From: Malacoraja senta
Taxonomy: Eukaryota
Direction: 5' to 3'
DNA length: 64,000 bases
Assembly (NCBI GenBank): GCA_038087875.1
Contig: CM075989.1
Location: forward strand, 16,060,001 to 16,124,000
Positions within the stretch are counted from its first letter, which is position 1. Each line of letters opens with the position of its first letter. The notes under the pieces are model-generated. The model was given only the letters and a program-made list of their open reading frames with translations, searched no databases and was not told where the DNA came from. The position numbers and the translations under genes were made by a program. This document shows, piece by piece, positions 13,295 to 25,633 of the stretch.

Positions 13295-13720
13295 GGGTCT
13301 CGAAGAAGAAAGGTCTCAACCCGAAACGTCACCTTTTCCTTCTCTCCAGAGATGCTGCCTGTCCAGCTGAATTACTCCGACATTTTGTGTCTATCTTCAA
13401 TGAGAACATCAATACAGTTCCATGTCAGGATTGTGTGCGACCGGAAGGATGGCGAGAGATATTGGTATTTCCAAGTATCTGCTCCCTTGTGTTTACTGGC
13501 AAAACTGGCGGGATTTAGTGGGCACTGTCAGAGTCGTTTGCAGAGTAAATACAACGCATTTTACTGGTGGTGGACCTTGTAACTCAGTAGCTGAAAAAGG
13601 GTCTCGACCCGAACTGTCACCCATTCCTTCTCTCCAGAGATGCTGCCTGTCCCGCTGAGTTACTCCAGCATTTTGTGTCTATCTCCGGTTTAAACCAGCA
13701 TCTGCAGTTCCTTCCTACAC
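13295..13720 (+). mobile_element. Two Penelope-derived terminal modules (about 13295-13400 and 13590-13720)
   Basis: GGTCTCRACCCGAA...CTCCAGAGATGCTGCCTG family sequence. Confidence 0.7.
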
Positions 13721-14107
13721 ACTTGATGTTCTCATTCATTGCTGTTGGAGTAAATCCTGCACTCCCTACCCAAGAAAACTGTGCAGGTACTGTGCTGAGG
13801 TGAACTGCAGCATTTCAAGAAGCTTTACAAGGGGAACCACAGGCAGGCGATCATTCATCACAATTGGTGTTCAGACATTTATGAGAATGGCATAGCACTT
13901 TGCAGAGGGGTCATATCCAGTTCCAATCTTTTTCATTTTGTATCATTGTGTCCCCAGTGTGTTGGTCAATTCAGCAACATCCTCACCTCAGAACAGATTA
14001 TCCTGAAACGTGCTTGCATGAAATGTCCTTTGCTTTGCTGAGGACTAAGATGGTGAATAATTTATCAACGGCAGTTCACCAAATGGAAACAGAACGATTT
14101 AACTCCT

Positions 14108-14362
14108 TAGGTAGATACAAAATGCTGGAGTAAATCAGCGGGACAAGCAGCATCTCTGGAGAGAAGGAATGGGTGACGTTTTGGGTCGAGACCCTTCTTC
14201 AAACTGATATCAGGGGAATGGGCGGGAAAGAGATAGAATGTAGTCGGAGACAGTGCGACTGGTGGGAGAACTGGGGAGGGGGAGTGGAGGGAGAGGGGAT
14301 GGAGAGAGAGGGAAAGCAAGGGCTATTTGAAGTTAGAGAAGTCAATGTTCATACCGCTGGGG
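14108..14362 (-). mobile_element. Penelope-like element 3' end
   Basis: Minus strand reads PSGMNIDFS, then a pyrimidine tract and the terminal module. Confidence 0.75.
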
Positions 14363-14427
14363 TTGAGGTCAATGGCCTTATTTAGCTTCACATCATCGAG
14401 AGAGAAAAATATTTCGATTTTGACTTA

Positions 14428-14605
14428 AAAATAACAAATTGCTGGAGGAACTCAACGGATGAGGCAGCATCTGACTGAAGAAGGGTCCCGACCAGAAACG
14501 TTGTCCGTCAATTTCTCTTCCACGGATGCTGCCTGACCCGCTGAGTTCCTCCAGCACTTTGCTTCTCGTTCAAGATTCCAGCATCTGCAGTTTCTTTTGT
14601 TTCCA
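14428..14605. mobile_element. Penelope-derived fold-back module
   Basis: Inverted arms around CTGAAGAAGGGTCCCGACCAGAAACGTT; flanked by ATTTTGAC direct repeats. Confidence 0.7.
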
Positions 14606-15619
14606 TAATTTTGACGTTATCCACCGTGTGCTAACTAGGTTTTGCGATTAGGTTTATTATTGTCATGTGTACCGAGGTACAGTGAAAAGCTTTGCTTTGA
14701 ATACTATGCAATCAGATCAGATATCAGATAATCAGCTCAAAGTCAAGTACAAAGGGGAAGATACAGAGTACAGAACATAAAAGCAGAACTATCTGATCTT
14801 GCTGAGTCCAATATTGAATGACCAGATTAGTACATGTAGGCTCAAAGCTACATATGCGGCGAGAGAATATTTATGGTTTGTCACTTGCATCTCACTCAAC
14901 CAACCAACAGAATTAAGAATATTTTATGCTAAACCTTCTCCACTGCCTGGTTCTTCACAGTGTGATGAAATTGCTGGTGATCAAAGTGTGATTTAAAGCT
15001 ACTGGACATTATTTGGATATTTAAGTGCTGTTATCCCTGCTCTTAGCAGACTGTTCATATGTTACTAGTGTCATTGGTTTATAACTCTAACACCTTTATG
15101 CATCAAAGACAGTACTTAGTGTTAGAGCACTGGCAAGTCCAGAGATGTGTTCAGTGACATGAACTGAATTATAGATGATGGAACTGTGGAAAACACATAC
15201 TCTCCCACAGTTAACAGCTCTGATTTAACACAATTGATTTGCATAACCTAGGAATGGAGATTACCATTTACATATGGAGAGGCCTATTTTGTGCGATTAT
15301 ACTGTAACATTGGACTCAGCAAGCTCCCTTCCACTGCCTTTGCTCAGTAATATTAGCTTAACTCTGATTGAAATGGTTAAGCAAGTTCAGTCAGTGCATC
15401 AACACGCGATGGACTCAAAACACCAGATCTTGGCAAATAGAATAGAAACGTAAATAAAGAAGTACAAGTAATGTTTGAATTTCAAGATGCAGCAGCACGG
15501 TTTGATTGCAATATGTCCAAGGTTATCTTGCTGCGTTATAGTGTCCTGGATTACTTGACATCTGGGTTAAGGACAGAGTGTGACAATAACATGAGATGCA
15601 GATGCTTTCCATTAGTTAT

Positions 15620-16382
15620 AGAGTCATAGAGTGATACAGCATGGAAACAGGCCCTTCAGCCCAACTTGCCCACACCGACCAACATGTCCCAACCACACTA
15701 GTTCCACCTGCCCACGTTTGGTCCATATCCCTCCAAACCTGTCCTGTCTATGTACCTGTCTAACTGTTTCTTAAATGTTGGAATGCCTCAACTATCTCCT
15801 CTAGCAGCTTGTTCCATGCACCCACCACTCTTTATGTGAAAAAGTTACCCCTCAGATTCCTATTAAATCTTTTCCCCTTCACCTTAAACCTATGTCCTCT
15901 GATCCTCGATTCAAGAGACTCTGTGCATCTACCCGATCTATTCCTCTCATAATTTTACACACCTCAATAAGATCACCCCACATCCTCCTGCGCTCCAAGG
16001 AATAGAGTCCCATCCTACTCAACCTCTCCCTATAGCTCAGTCCCTCTAGCCCTGGCAACATCCTTGTAAATCTTCTATGTACCCTTTCCAGCTTGATAAC
16101 ATTTTTCCTATAACATGGCACCCAGAACTGAACACAATACTCTAAGTGCGGCCTCACCAACTCCTTATACAACTGCAACATGACCTCCCAACCTCTATAC
16201 TGACTGATGAAGGCCAATGTGCCAAACACCTTTTTGCACACCCTATCTACCTATGACTCCACCTTCAAGGAACCATGCACCTGCATCCCTAGATCCCTCT
16301 GCTCTACAACACTCCCCAGAGCCCCAACATTCACTGTGTAGGTCCTGCTGCAATTTTTCACAACCATCTTCACTATCTGCAC
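15620..16382 (-). mobile_element. CR1 LINE 3' fragment
   Basis: ORF 15879-16241 LVRPHLEYCVQFW...GLYSLERRR. Confidence 0.9.
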
Positions 16383-16542
16383 ATGCCCAGGATGTGCAGT
16401 TCCCTGCACATTTGCTTGTAATTTTACAATCATCCATCTCATATGTATCTCTGAATATTACTTGAATTTGCCGGCAATGTGCCGGCAGTGGTTGTGTTGG
16501 TTTATCAGTGATGTTCAATGATCAGAGCATGCCTTCAGCAGG

Positions 16543-16850
16543 TAGGCTCAGTGGCGTAGCGGTAGAGTTGATGCCTACAACGCCAGAGACCTGGGTTTGA
16601 TCCTGACTATGGGTGCTGTCTGTACGGTGTATGTACGTTTTCCCTATGACCGCATGGGGATTTTCTGGGCGCTCTGGTTTCCTCCTATATTCCAAAGATA
16701 TGCACGTTTGTAGGTTAATTGGCCTCTGTAAATTACCCCTAGTGTGTAGGGAGCGGCTGAGAAAATGGGATAACATAGAGCTAGTGTACGGGTGATCGAT
16801 GGTCGCTGCGGACTTGAGTGGGCCGCAGGGCCTGTTTCCATGCTGTATTT
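16543..16850 (+). mobile_element. HE1/V-SINE-like SINE
   Basis: A-box TGGCGTAGCGG, B-box GGTTTGATCC; followed by a Penelope module at 16851-16980. Confidence 0.85.
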
Positions 16851-18297
16851 CTGATGAAGAGTCCGGACCCAAAATGTCATCCATCCATTCTCTTCCACAG
16901 ATGCTGCCTGACCCACTGAATTTCTCCAGCTGTTTGATTTTTTTGCTCCGGATCCTAGTATCTACAGGCTCGTGTGTCTCCAAAAACAACAATCCCGTCG
17001 TGACTTTAGACGGTTGCCTTGTGCTAATTTTCTAAACTTCGAAAAAGTTTACCTTTGCAGGTAGCAACTTAACAACCAGCTTAAACAATTTATAATAAGC
17101 AACTTAATCAGTCTGAAAGAGCACAAAGTGCTGGAGTAACTCAGCTGGTCAGACGGCATGCCTGGAGAACATGGACAGGTGATGTTTCGGGTCAAGACAC
17201 TTCATCAGGCCTGACTTAACCAGTCTCCACCTAAAATCACCTATCCATGTTCTCCAGAGTGCTGCCTGACCACCTGAGATACACAAACGGACACAAAATA
17301 CTGGAGTATCAACCAGTTCTTTGTTTCTACCACAATCAGATCCAGAGACGGAAACCGCTGTCAAAACATGGAGGGGACCGGGGGACAGGGGGAACATAAT
17401 TTCTTGGCGGCCGCGCACGCATGCGCGCACTCACACACACACGCGAGGCATCGGAAGCTTCAGCCGTGCGCCCTGTGAATGGTAATTAGCTCGGGATTCT
17501 TCCAGTTTCCAGCCCCGCGACGTGGATGCTTCTACTACGGGGCCGTTACCGTTAGAATGCGTCAATTACTGCAGATCTGTACCACAGATTTAAAGCTTGT
17601 AACGTGAGGGGGACCGTCCCCCACCTCTGAAAACATGGAGGGGACACGTCCCCCCTGGCCCCCCCGGGTTTTTCGTATGAATGGTCGTGACCTGCAACGT
17701 CAGATCCATATTTTCCAGAGATACTGCCTGAACCCGTTGTGTTACTCCAGCGCTTTGTGACCTTTCATTGTAAACCAGCATCTACAATGTCTTGTTTCTA
17801 CAACTTAATAACCCAGCAGGCAGTCAGCGTTAGGTGTTCCATTACCTTCCCGAGTGTTCATCGCTGAAAGTGAAGGCAGATAATCCCCACTGACGGTTTG
17901 TGACAGAAGACTTCTCCACACGTCATTATCAATTACTGAGCCATATACGTGCATCCCAGTGTCAGCAGCAACACTTTCAACAGCTTAGCTCCTCAGTATT
18001 TTAATCACATTTAATCACTCCTCAGCAACTTAATTAAACTTGCATGAGCATACTTTGGTTTTTAAATATAATACGTAATTTTTTACTTCCGCGAATGTAT
18101 GAAGGAATAATAAGCAGAGAACTCATTCATCTTATGAAAGCCTTTTATGCTCAACTCTCTAGTTAAAGTACCAAACAACATCTGCTTAAAAATTAAAATA
18201 TTAAATCTTCTCTTTGAAATATATTTTTACCTGATGGGTTAAGATTCCCCACATTTTGAGATAATCCTGCAATAATCTTGGTATGTTTAATCTGCAG

Positions 18298-18473
18298 CAG
18301 GAGGAACCCCTGTTGATAGAAGAGCAGATACGATAATCACCAAATTTGGCCTTTACAACGGTCAGTTGTCGAACTCCGAGACTTGCTACATCACCCCTCA
18401 CCGGGCAGAGACCCTGGACATCTGCGCCTTCAACTCTTCCCTTCCTTTGGTGATGATCGTTCACGGATGGACG
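18298..18473 (+). CDS. LIPC: Hepatic lipase, coding exon (human exon 2 equivalent)
   Basis: Follows tgcag acceptor; reads GGTPVDRRADTIITKFGLYNGQLSNSETCYITPHRAETLDICAFNSSLPLVMIVHGWT, then gtaac donor. FNSSLPLVMI-HGW is typical of hepatic lipase. Alternative acceptor at 18301. Confidence 0.93.
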
Positions 18474-18520
18474 GTAACACTGCTTCTTTCCTTTGGGTTA
18501 GAGGAAAGCATTTAGTTAAG

Positions 18521-18635
18521 AGTGAGTGAGTAAGTAAGAGAGAGAGAGAGAGAGAGAGAGAGTGTGAGTGAGTGAGTGAGTGAGTGAGTGAGTGAGTGAG
18601 TGAGTGAGTGAGTGAGTGAGTGAGTGAGTGAGTGA

Positions 18636-18714
<79 letters not shown>

Positions 18715-19120
18715 TGCGTGTGTGTGAGGAGATTTTGTGTATGTGTGTATGAATGAGAGATTATATATGTGTGTATGCGTGTATATTATGAGTTTATATG
18801 TGAGAGAGTATGTGTGTCTGCATGTGAATATATACAGTAAATGTGCATTTATGTGTGTGACTATGTGTATACGTGTGTGGGCATGTATATGTGTATGTGG
18901 ATGCGTGTTATAAGTATCTGTATGTGTACGTGTCACAGCTTGTGTACGTTTGCTTATGCAAATTTGTATTTAGGTGAGCCTGCCTGTATATTGTGTGCAA
19001 TTAGTATGTCTTCATGCACAAGTACGCATGTTTATAAGTGAGTGCAATGTGTACGTGCATGCATATGTAGACATATTTGTGTATGTGTGTGTGGTGTCTA
19101 TCTGTTTGTGTGTGTACATA
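18521..19120. repeat. Compound (AG)n-(TGAG)n-(TG)35 microsatellite followed by a degenerate TG/TA tract
   Basis: Perfect (TG)35 at 18641-18710. Confidence 0.95.
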
Positions 19121-19719
19121 ACGTTCAAATTTAAATTGCTGTGAACAACAGCATGAAGATATAATGTGAAGTGCAGATGAGGGAGCGCTGGTGGATGGGT
19201 GTGTTTAGATTTCCAGAGGGATTTCACTGAGTTCCCACACATGTTACCGAGCAAGGTTTAGCACATGGAATTGGGTGTAACATACTAGCATGGACTGAGA
19301 GTTGGTTAACAGATAGTAAACAAAGAATAGACACAGCATCCCATTCACAGTTCATTCGCTCGTGTGTCGTCGTCCAACATGTTGACAGAATTGGTCGCCC
19401 GACACGTCACATTGGTCGCCCCATCGTGTCGCCGTTTCCGGGGATCGCTACGAGGAGGCTTCTGTCATGATCCCCATTCACAGAGTGCCAGGCTATGCCA
19501 ATTGGTCGCCACGGGGAGCAGTGCCCGCACCCCAGCCATGCATAATCTATCCCAACAATGCGGCCGAGGGCACCAAATGTAACATTTCCAAATCTGCAGA
19601 AGCTAAGTGGGACGATGCAGAGTCAAGAGAATATCCTCAAGCCAAATGAGACGGGAACAGCACAGTGGAATAACACGGAAAAAAGGATTATTTGGCAACA
19701 GCAAGTGGTTAAGAAATGT

Positions 19720-19980
19720 TGCTCAGCGGGTGAGGCAGCATCTATGGAGAGAAGGAATAGGCGACGTTTTCGATCGAGATCCTTCTTCAGACTGATATCG
19801 GGGGATCGGGAAAAAGAAAGGAAGAGACGGAGACAGTAGGCTTGTGGGAGAGCTGGGAAGGGGAGGGAAAGGAGGGAAGACTTCAAAGAAGACCGATCAA
19901 TGAAGGGTCCCAACCCAAAATGGCACATCCATAATCTCCAGAGATGCTGCCTGACCTGTTAAATGATTCCAGCACTTTCT
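19720..19980. mobile_element. Penelope-derived inverted module pair
   Basis: Minus arm (…CCTTCTTCAGACTGA), purine spacer, then plus arm. Confidence 0.65.
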
Positions 19981-20530
19981 TTGGTTGGTCGATGTGTGGT
20001 GGAATCTAGGGGATGTTGATTCAATGTGGGGAGAATAAAAATTGTGGTTAGTTAGGATTAGTGTTAATGACCGGTTGAAGGTCGGTGCGGACTCGGTGGG
20101 CCAAAGAGCCTGCTTCCCAGCTGTATCTGTAGATTATATGATGCTACAAGTCTTTTCTTATGTACACAGGATGCTCAAAAAGTCTAAAAATATTCAAACG
20201 GAAAATGCAATGCTAACCATCAAAAGAATCATTGGCAGATCACTTAATATAAGATTAGTCAGTATATGAGAAGAAACTAATAACGTTACGCCAAAAATTG
20301 GCTTTGACAATTAAATTATTTCAATTTTACATAAGATAAAACTCAAAGCTTGCTGTGACTTCCATTTCAGTTTGTTTCTTGTATCATTTCATGTTTATTT
20401 TTAGCCATGCAAGCCATCTGACTAAATGCAGCTCGTCATTCACGTTTGGCTCTATTGTTAATAATGAAGCATGAGGGGGCAGGCAATTGATGATAACATG
20501 AGGAAGGAAAGAATGGAAAGAGGGCTGTGA

Positions 20531-21049
20531 AGGGGCTGTCCCACTGCGGCGACCTAATTGGCGAGTTTAGAAGAGTTTAGGAGAGTTTAAAAAAAATGTC
20601 ATGTTGAAGACCTCCTTCGACTATGTGGAAGACTAGCTTTGACTAGCTTCAACTAGCTTCGGGAAAATTGGACACCGAATAGTGGAGAGTGAAGACGACC
20701 TCCTTCGATCTCCTTCAACCTCCCTTTGACTATGTTGAAGACTATCTACGACTACCTTCGACTACCCTCGATTACCTACGACTAACATGCCGACCTACTA
20801 CAACCTACTTCGACTAAACCTACGAGTAAAAAAAGTATCGATTTTTTCCATGGCGACCTTTTTTTACTCGCGGGCATTTTTCAACATGAAAAATACGCCG
20901 CGACCTAGCTGAGGCCTAGAGTACGCTCTCGAGGATGAAGGAGAGTTACAAAGACCTCCTGGGACCTCGTGTCGACCATGCTGCGAGTATGAGTCGAGGG
21001 CAAACTCGTCTGATCTCGCGGATTAGGTCGCCGCAGTGGGACAGCCCCT
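20531..21049. mobile_element. PIF/Harbinger-like MITE
   Basis: 28-bp perfect TIRs AGGGGCTGTCCCACTGCGGCGACCTAAT; TGA duplicated on both sides; no coding capacity. Confidence 0.85.
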
Positions 21050-21071
21050 TGAGCGTTAGGAGAGATATGAA

Positions 21072-22745
21072 GAGGGTATCTCATGATTTTATATACTTCA
21101 TTCAAGTCTCCCCACAATCTCTGGCATTCCAGAGAATACAATCCAAGTCTGACCAACATCTCTCTGTAGTAATACCTCCCTAACCAAGCAACATTGTGAC
21201 AAAACCTCCCCTGCACCCTTTCTAAAGCCTCTATATGCTTTCATGGGCTGACCAGAACTGCACACAAAACTGCAAATGCAGCCTAACCTAAGTCCTATAA
21301 AGACACATCATGGCTTCCTGACTGTTATACTCAACATCCTGGCCTATGAAAACAAACATACCATGTGCCCTCTTTACCACTCGACCTAGCTGTGTTACCA
21401 CTTTCAGGGAGTTATGAAGTTGGACGTAAATCGCTCTGTACGTCAATGCGGTTAAGGGTCTTGCTATCAATTGTATATTTTCCTCTTTCTTTCAACCTCC
21501 CAAAGTGCAACACTTCACGCTTGCTCAGATTATACTCCATCTGCCATTTCTCCACTCATTTCTGCAGCTATATCCCACTGTATACTTGGACAGGCTTCCT
21601 CACAGCCCTTGACTCTAGCAATCTTACTAACCAACCCATAAATGTTTACGTCCAAGTAATTCATGTATGTCACAAACAGCAGAGGTAGCAGCGCAGATCC
21701 ATGCGGAACTCAACTGGTCGCAGATGTACAGCCAGATTAATGCCACAACCCTCTGTCTTCTATCCATAAACCAGTTCTGAATCCATAGGACCAAGTGATT
21801 GTTAATCCCGTGGAGTATAATCTTCTTTATCAGCCTACAAAGGGGACTTTATCAATTCCTCAGTAAAATCCATATTGATACCATCCAACGCCCTACATTC
21901 ACCTTGGTCACTGCCTCAAAAAGCTCGATCAAGTTAGTAGGACACGACATACAAAGCCATGCTGACTGTCCCTAATTAACCCATTGGCTTCCAAATGGGA
22001 GTAAATCCTATCTCAAAATATCCTCTCCAATGGCTTCCCTACCACTGATGTGAGGCTCACCGGCCTATATGTCCCTGAATTCCCTTCTTAAATAAAGGAA
22101 CAACATTAGCTACTCCCCAGCCCTCTGGGAACTCAGCTGTGGCCAAGATCTTCGCCAAGGCTGGCTCAATCTCCTCCATTGCCTCTCTCAAATAACCTGG
22201 GATTAATCCCATCAGGCCCTGGGGATTTATACACCTTAATGCTCTTTGAGAGTCTTAACACCTCTTCCTTCTTGATCTCAAACTGCCCTTGTATATTAGT
22301 ATTCTCCACATTAACCTCACTGTCCTCGATGTCCTTCTCCTTGGTGAAAACAGTTACTAATTACGCATTTACTACCTCGCCTATATCCCCAGATTCCACT
22401 CACACAATCTTTCCTTTATCCTTCAGCGATTCTACCCTTTCTCTTGTTTTTAATGTAGGTCTAAAAAGCTTTGAGATATTCTTTAAAATGCCATTTTGTG
22501 GCCCCTTTTAGCCCTTCTTATGGCCCACTTGAGTTCTTTCCTCCTTTCTTTCTATTCTTTAAAGTCCCAGACTGAATACTGACCATCAGATTGTGGCTTA
22601 TTTCTGCGCTATAGTTTCTGGGTAATTTCACCACCTCACTTGTCCTGCCCTTCCTTTCAACCATGTCTCAGTGGCAACGGCAACATCAAATTCCCAAGTG
22701 TTAATCCATGCTCTCAGTTCATCTGCTGATGACTGAAGACTTCTT
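21072..22745 (-). mobile_element. Old, internally deleted CR1 LINE
   Basis: Degenerate RT pieces and endonuclease start (DELRAWINTWEFDVAVATETWL); ends about 90 bp before LIPC exon 3. Confidence 0.85.
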
Positions 22746-22830
22746 CCTCGAGGTATAACTAACAGGTATATGATGGAAGTGGCACTGAGAAGTGGATTCT
22801 CACTCACCCTCACACCCTTGGTTTCTCCAG

Positions 22831-23010
22831 GTCGACGGAGTCCACGAAAGCTGGACCTGGAAAATGGCGGCTGCACTGAAATTAAAGCTGAAAGACGTCA
22901 ATGTGATTATAGTTGATTGGCTGATTCTGGCTCATCAGCATTATCCAACAGCAGTAAAGAACACTCGGATAGTGGGCCAGGACATAGCAGATTTATTAGA
23001 TTGGCTGGAG
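22831..23010 (+). CDS. LIPC: Hepatic lipase exon 3
   Basis: ttctccag|VDGVHESWTWKMAAALKLKLKDVNVIIVDWLILAHQHYPTAVKNTRIVGQDIADLLDWLE|gtaagt; 180 bp, phase 0/0. Confidence 0.96.
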
Positions 23011-23893
23011 GTAAGTTTATGAAACACAGATCTTCAAATGGTTTCATTTCCCCCAGTTATTGCTTGCTTTGGATTTGATGTTCTTCACGCTGCAGTCAAA
23101 TCAATAAACAAGGTCCTTACTGAGTGATTCGAAAACTCAGCAGTGGGAAGTAGAACCAATAAATATTGTCCAATTAAAGACTAGAAAGTAGTGGCCCCAA
23201 AGTCCCTGAACAATTTATATGCTCAGAGGTTGGGGAAGCACAAAAAAGAAATAGGTCCAACCATGGTCAAGTCAATGAATTCAATTACTGGTTATTCAGG
23301 AGCTTTTCAATTTGATGCTCACCACCATTTCAAAGCACTGGAATCAGCCAGGCTACTGCTCAGATGAGGAAATCTGTCAGGCAATCAATAAAGACTTAAG
23401 GTTGGAGTCGACTTTATCGTGTCAATGGATCTTCAGTCCTGTGGGTTTCTGGTGGGATTCAAGCCTCCAGCTGATACAAATCATGGACAGCTCTATTAAC
23501 TGTGGGGCAGAGAGGAATAAATTGATAACACAGGTCCCTAATGAAAGTGAAGGATCACACACAAATTTTAAAAGGTGTACCGAAGATAGACACAAAAAGC
23601 TGGTGTAACTCAGCGGGTCAGTCAACATCTCTCGAGAAAAGTGTGTCAACTGACTTCAAAGTGTTTCACAACCACCTTTCTCATCTTTCTTGGTTCTTTT
23701 GTCTTGTTTAATAAACTCTTTTGTATTCCTCTTAATTTTTCATTCTCTTTGTTTCTACACAATTTTCCTTGGATTATTCTTCCAGCATTTAGTCGCTTCC
23801 TTCATTTTTGAAGCATTTTTCTGCTTTGGATTCTGCTGGCATTTCATGGTTCCGCTTTCCCACTTCACTGCTATGTCTGATCCAGAACCCCCA

Positions 23894-24036
23894 TCCCGGG
23901 GTGGGAGATTGCAACCTTCACGTGGTCCGCCCTGTTTCGACAAATGCAATCAACCCGGTGTGCACAATCAAATAAGATCAAATGGAACAAGTTGTCCTAC
24001 AACTTTAGGCTGTGCACGCCATACGCAAGAAGAAGA
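23894..24036 (+). mobile_element. Short unclassified retroposon with (GAA)n tail
   Basis: Ends CCATACGC(AAG)n; TSD AGAACCCCCA at 23884 and 24037. Confidence 0.6.
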
Positions 24037-24404
24037 AGAACCCCCACCCCCACCCACTGCAGCCAGACTCTCCCCTCTCTGTGGAATCACAGGGCTCATC
24101 GACCAACAGTCCAGGCTCAGTTGACTAAGTGGACTGCTCAACCAACTGCCATGGAGAAACATGCAGCTAACATTTCAGATTGATGGCACTGACTCATTAA
24201 GAGATACAGCACAGAAACAGGCCCTTCAGCCCACCAAATCCATGCGTACCATCAAATTATTTTTACACTCACTCTATCCTAATCCATTTTAGTCTCCCCC
24301 ATATTAACAGCCTCCCACATTCCCATTCCTCCACTTTTTACCACTCTTTCAATATATTTGAACAACATTGAACAGGCACAATTCCTCCAGCAGCTCTACT
24401 TTTC

Positions 24405-24830
24405 TAGTTTAGTTTAGTTTAAATATACAGCATGGAAACAGGCACTTCGGGTCATTGAGTCCACACCAACAAATGATCACCCAGTCTGGAAAAAAGTCTC
24501 GACCTGAAGCGTGACCAGTCTAAAGAAGAGTCTCAACCCGAAACGTCACCTATTCCTTCTTTCCAGAGATGCTGCCTGTCCCGCTGAGTTACTCCAGCTT
24601 TTTGTGTCTATACCCGTTCACACTAGTTCTATGTCACCCCAGTATCACATCCTACAAATTAGGGGCAATTTAGAGAAGCCAATTAACCTACAATCCTGCA
24701 CGTCTTTGGATTGTGGGAGGAAACCGGAGCACCCGGAGAAACCCTGTACAAACTCCATACATGTAGTCAGGTTCGAACCCAGGTCTCTGGCGCTGTAATG
24801 CAGCAACTCCACCGATGTGCCACTGTGCCG
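24405..24830 (-). mobile_element. HE1/V-SINE-like SINE interrupted by a Penelope module (about 24482-24612)
   Basis: SINE sequence resumes after the insert. Confidence 0.8.
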
Positions 24831-25318
24831 TCCTGTTACAGATTCCATCTCCTGCAGTCTCTTGTGTCTCCAGACTATTATCACTTTTAAATTTAAAACA
24901 CCATCAAATTAAAATACCATCATTCACTGGAAAAGTAAACATTCGTAAAGCCCAAGTTAGAGTTTGGATAATTATTTAACATACTGGAGATGGTAATATT
25001 CTGTTGCATCGCAGAAGCTGGTTAGAATGAGCAATCATTGTAAGAGGTTTGTTTAGAATGACCCTCGGAGTTGTAATTTACTCAAAACAGTTCCAATTAA
25101 ATGTTAATTGAAGCAGAAGATCCTTGAAGCTCTCAGTTGCTCAACTCAGTTGCTTTACAGAGAGACACAGAGTTAAAGTTTCAGATTAATGAGCCTGCTG
25201 CCTGTTCCCTCTCCTCTCACCCTGCTTGAACCACAGCACATTCACATCCCCATGATCTTCAAGTCTTGCTGCACAGACTCTGGCCAACACACACTAGGCT
25301 AAATCAGCAGCAACAGCA

Positions 25319-25633
25319 GGGTGGCACGGTGGCGCAGCGGTAGAGCTGCTGCCTTACAGTGCCGGAGACTCGGGTTTGATCCTGACTACGGGTGCTTGTC
25401 TGCACGGAGTTTGTACGTTCCCCCGTGATCTTGCATGGGTTTTCTCCGAGATCTTACGGCTTCCTCCCACACTCCAAAGACATACAGGTTTGTGGGTAAA
25501 TTGGATTGGTATCAATGTAAAATTGTCCCAGGTATGTACAGGATAGCGTTAGGGTGTGGGGACCGCTGGTCAGTGTGGACTCAGTGGGCCGAAAGTCCTG
25601 TTTCCACGCTGTATCTCTAAACTAGACTAAACC
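25319..25633 (+). mobile_element. HE1/V-SINE-like SINE, full length
   Basis: GGTGGCGCAGCGG A-box, GGTTTGATCC B-box, AAACT tail. Confidence 0.88.

Noticed and set aside
18430..18936. His/Thr-repeat ORF on the minus strand
   Set aside because: Translation of the CA/TCAC microsatellite
20625..20825. Short-period repeat array suggestive of CRISPR
   Set aside because: Degenerate 10-11 bp units without spacers, inside a MITE in a vertebrate intron
25319..25400. tRNA gene
   Set aside because: The A and B boxes belong to a SINE head; no cloverleaf, and it continues into the SINE body
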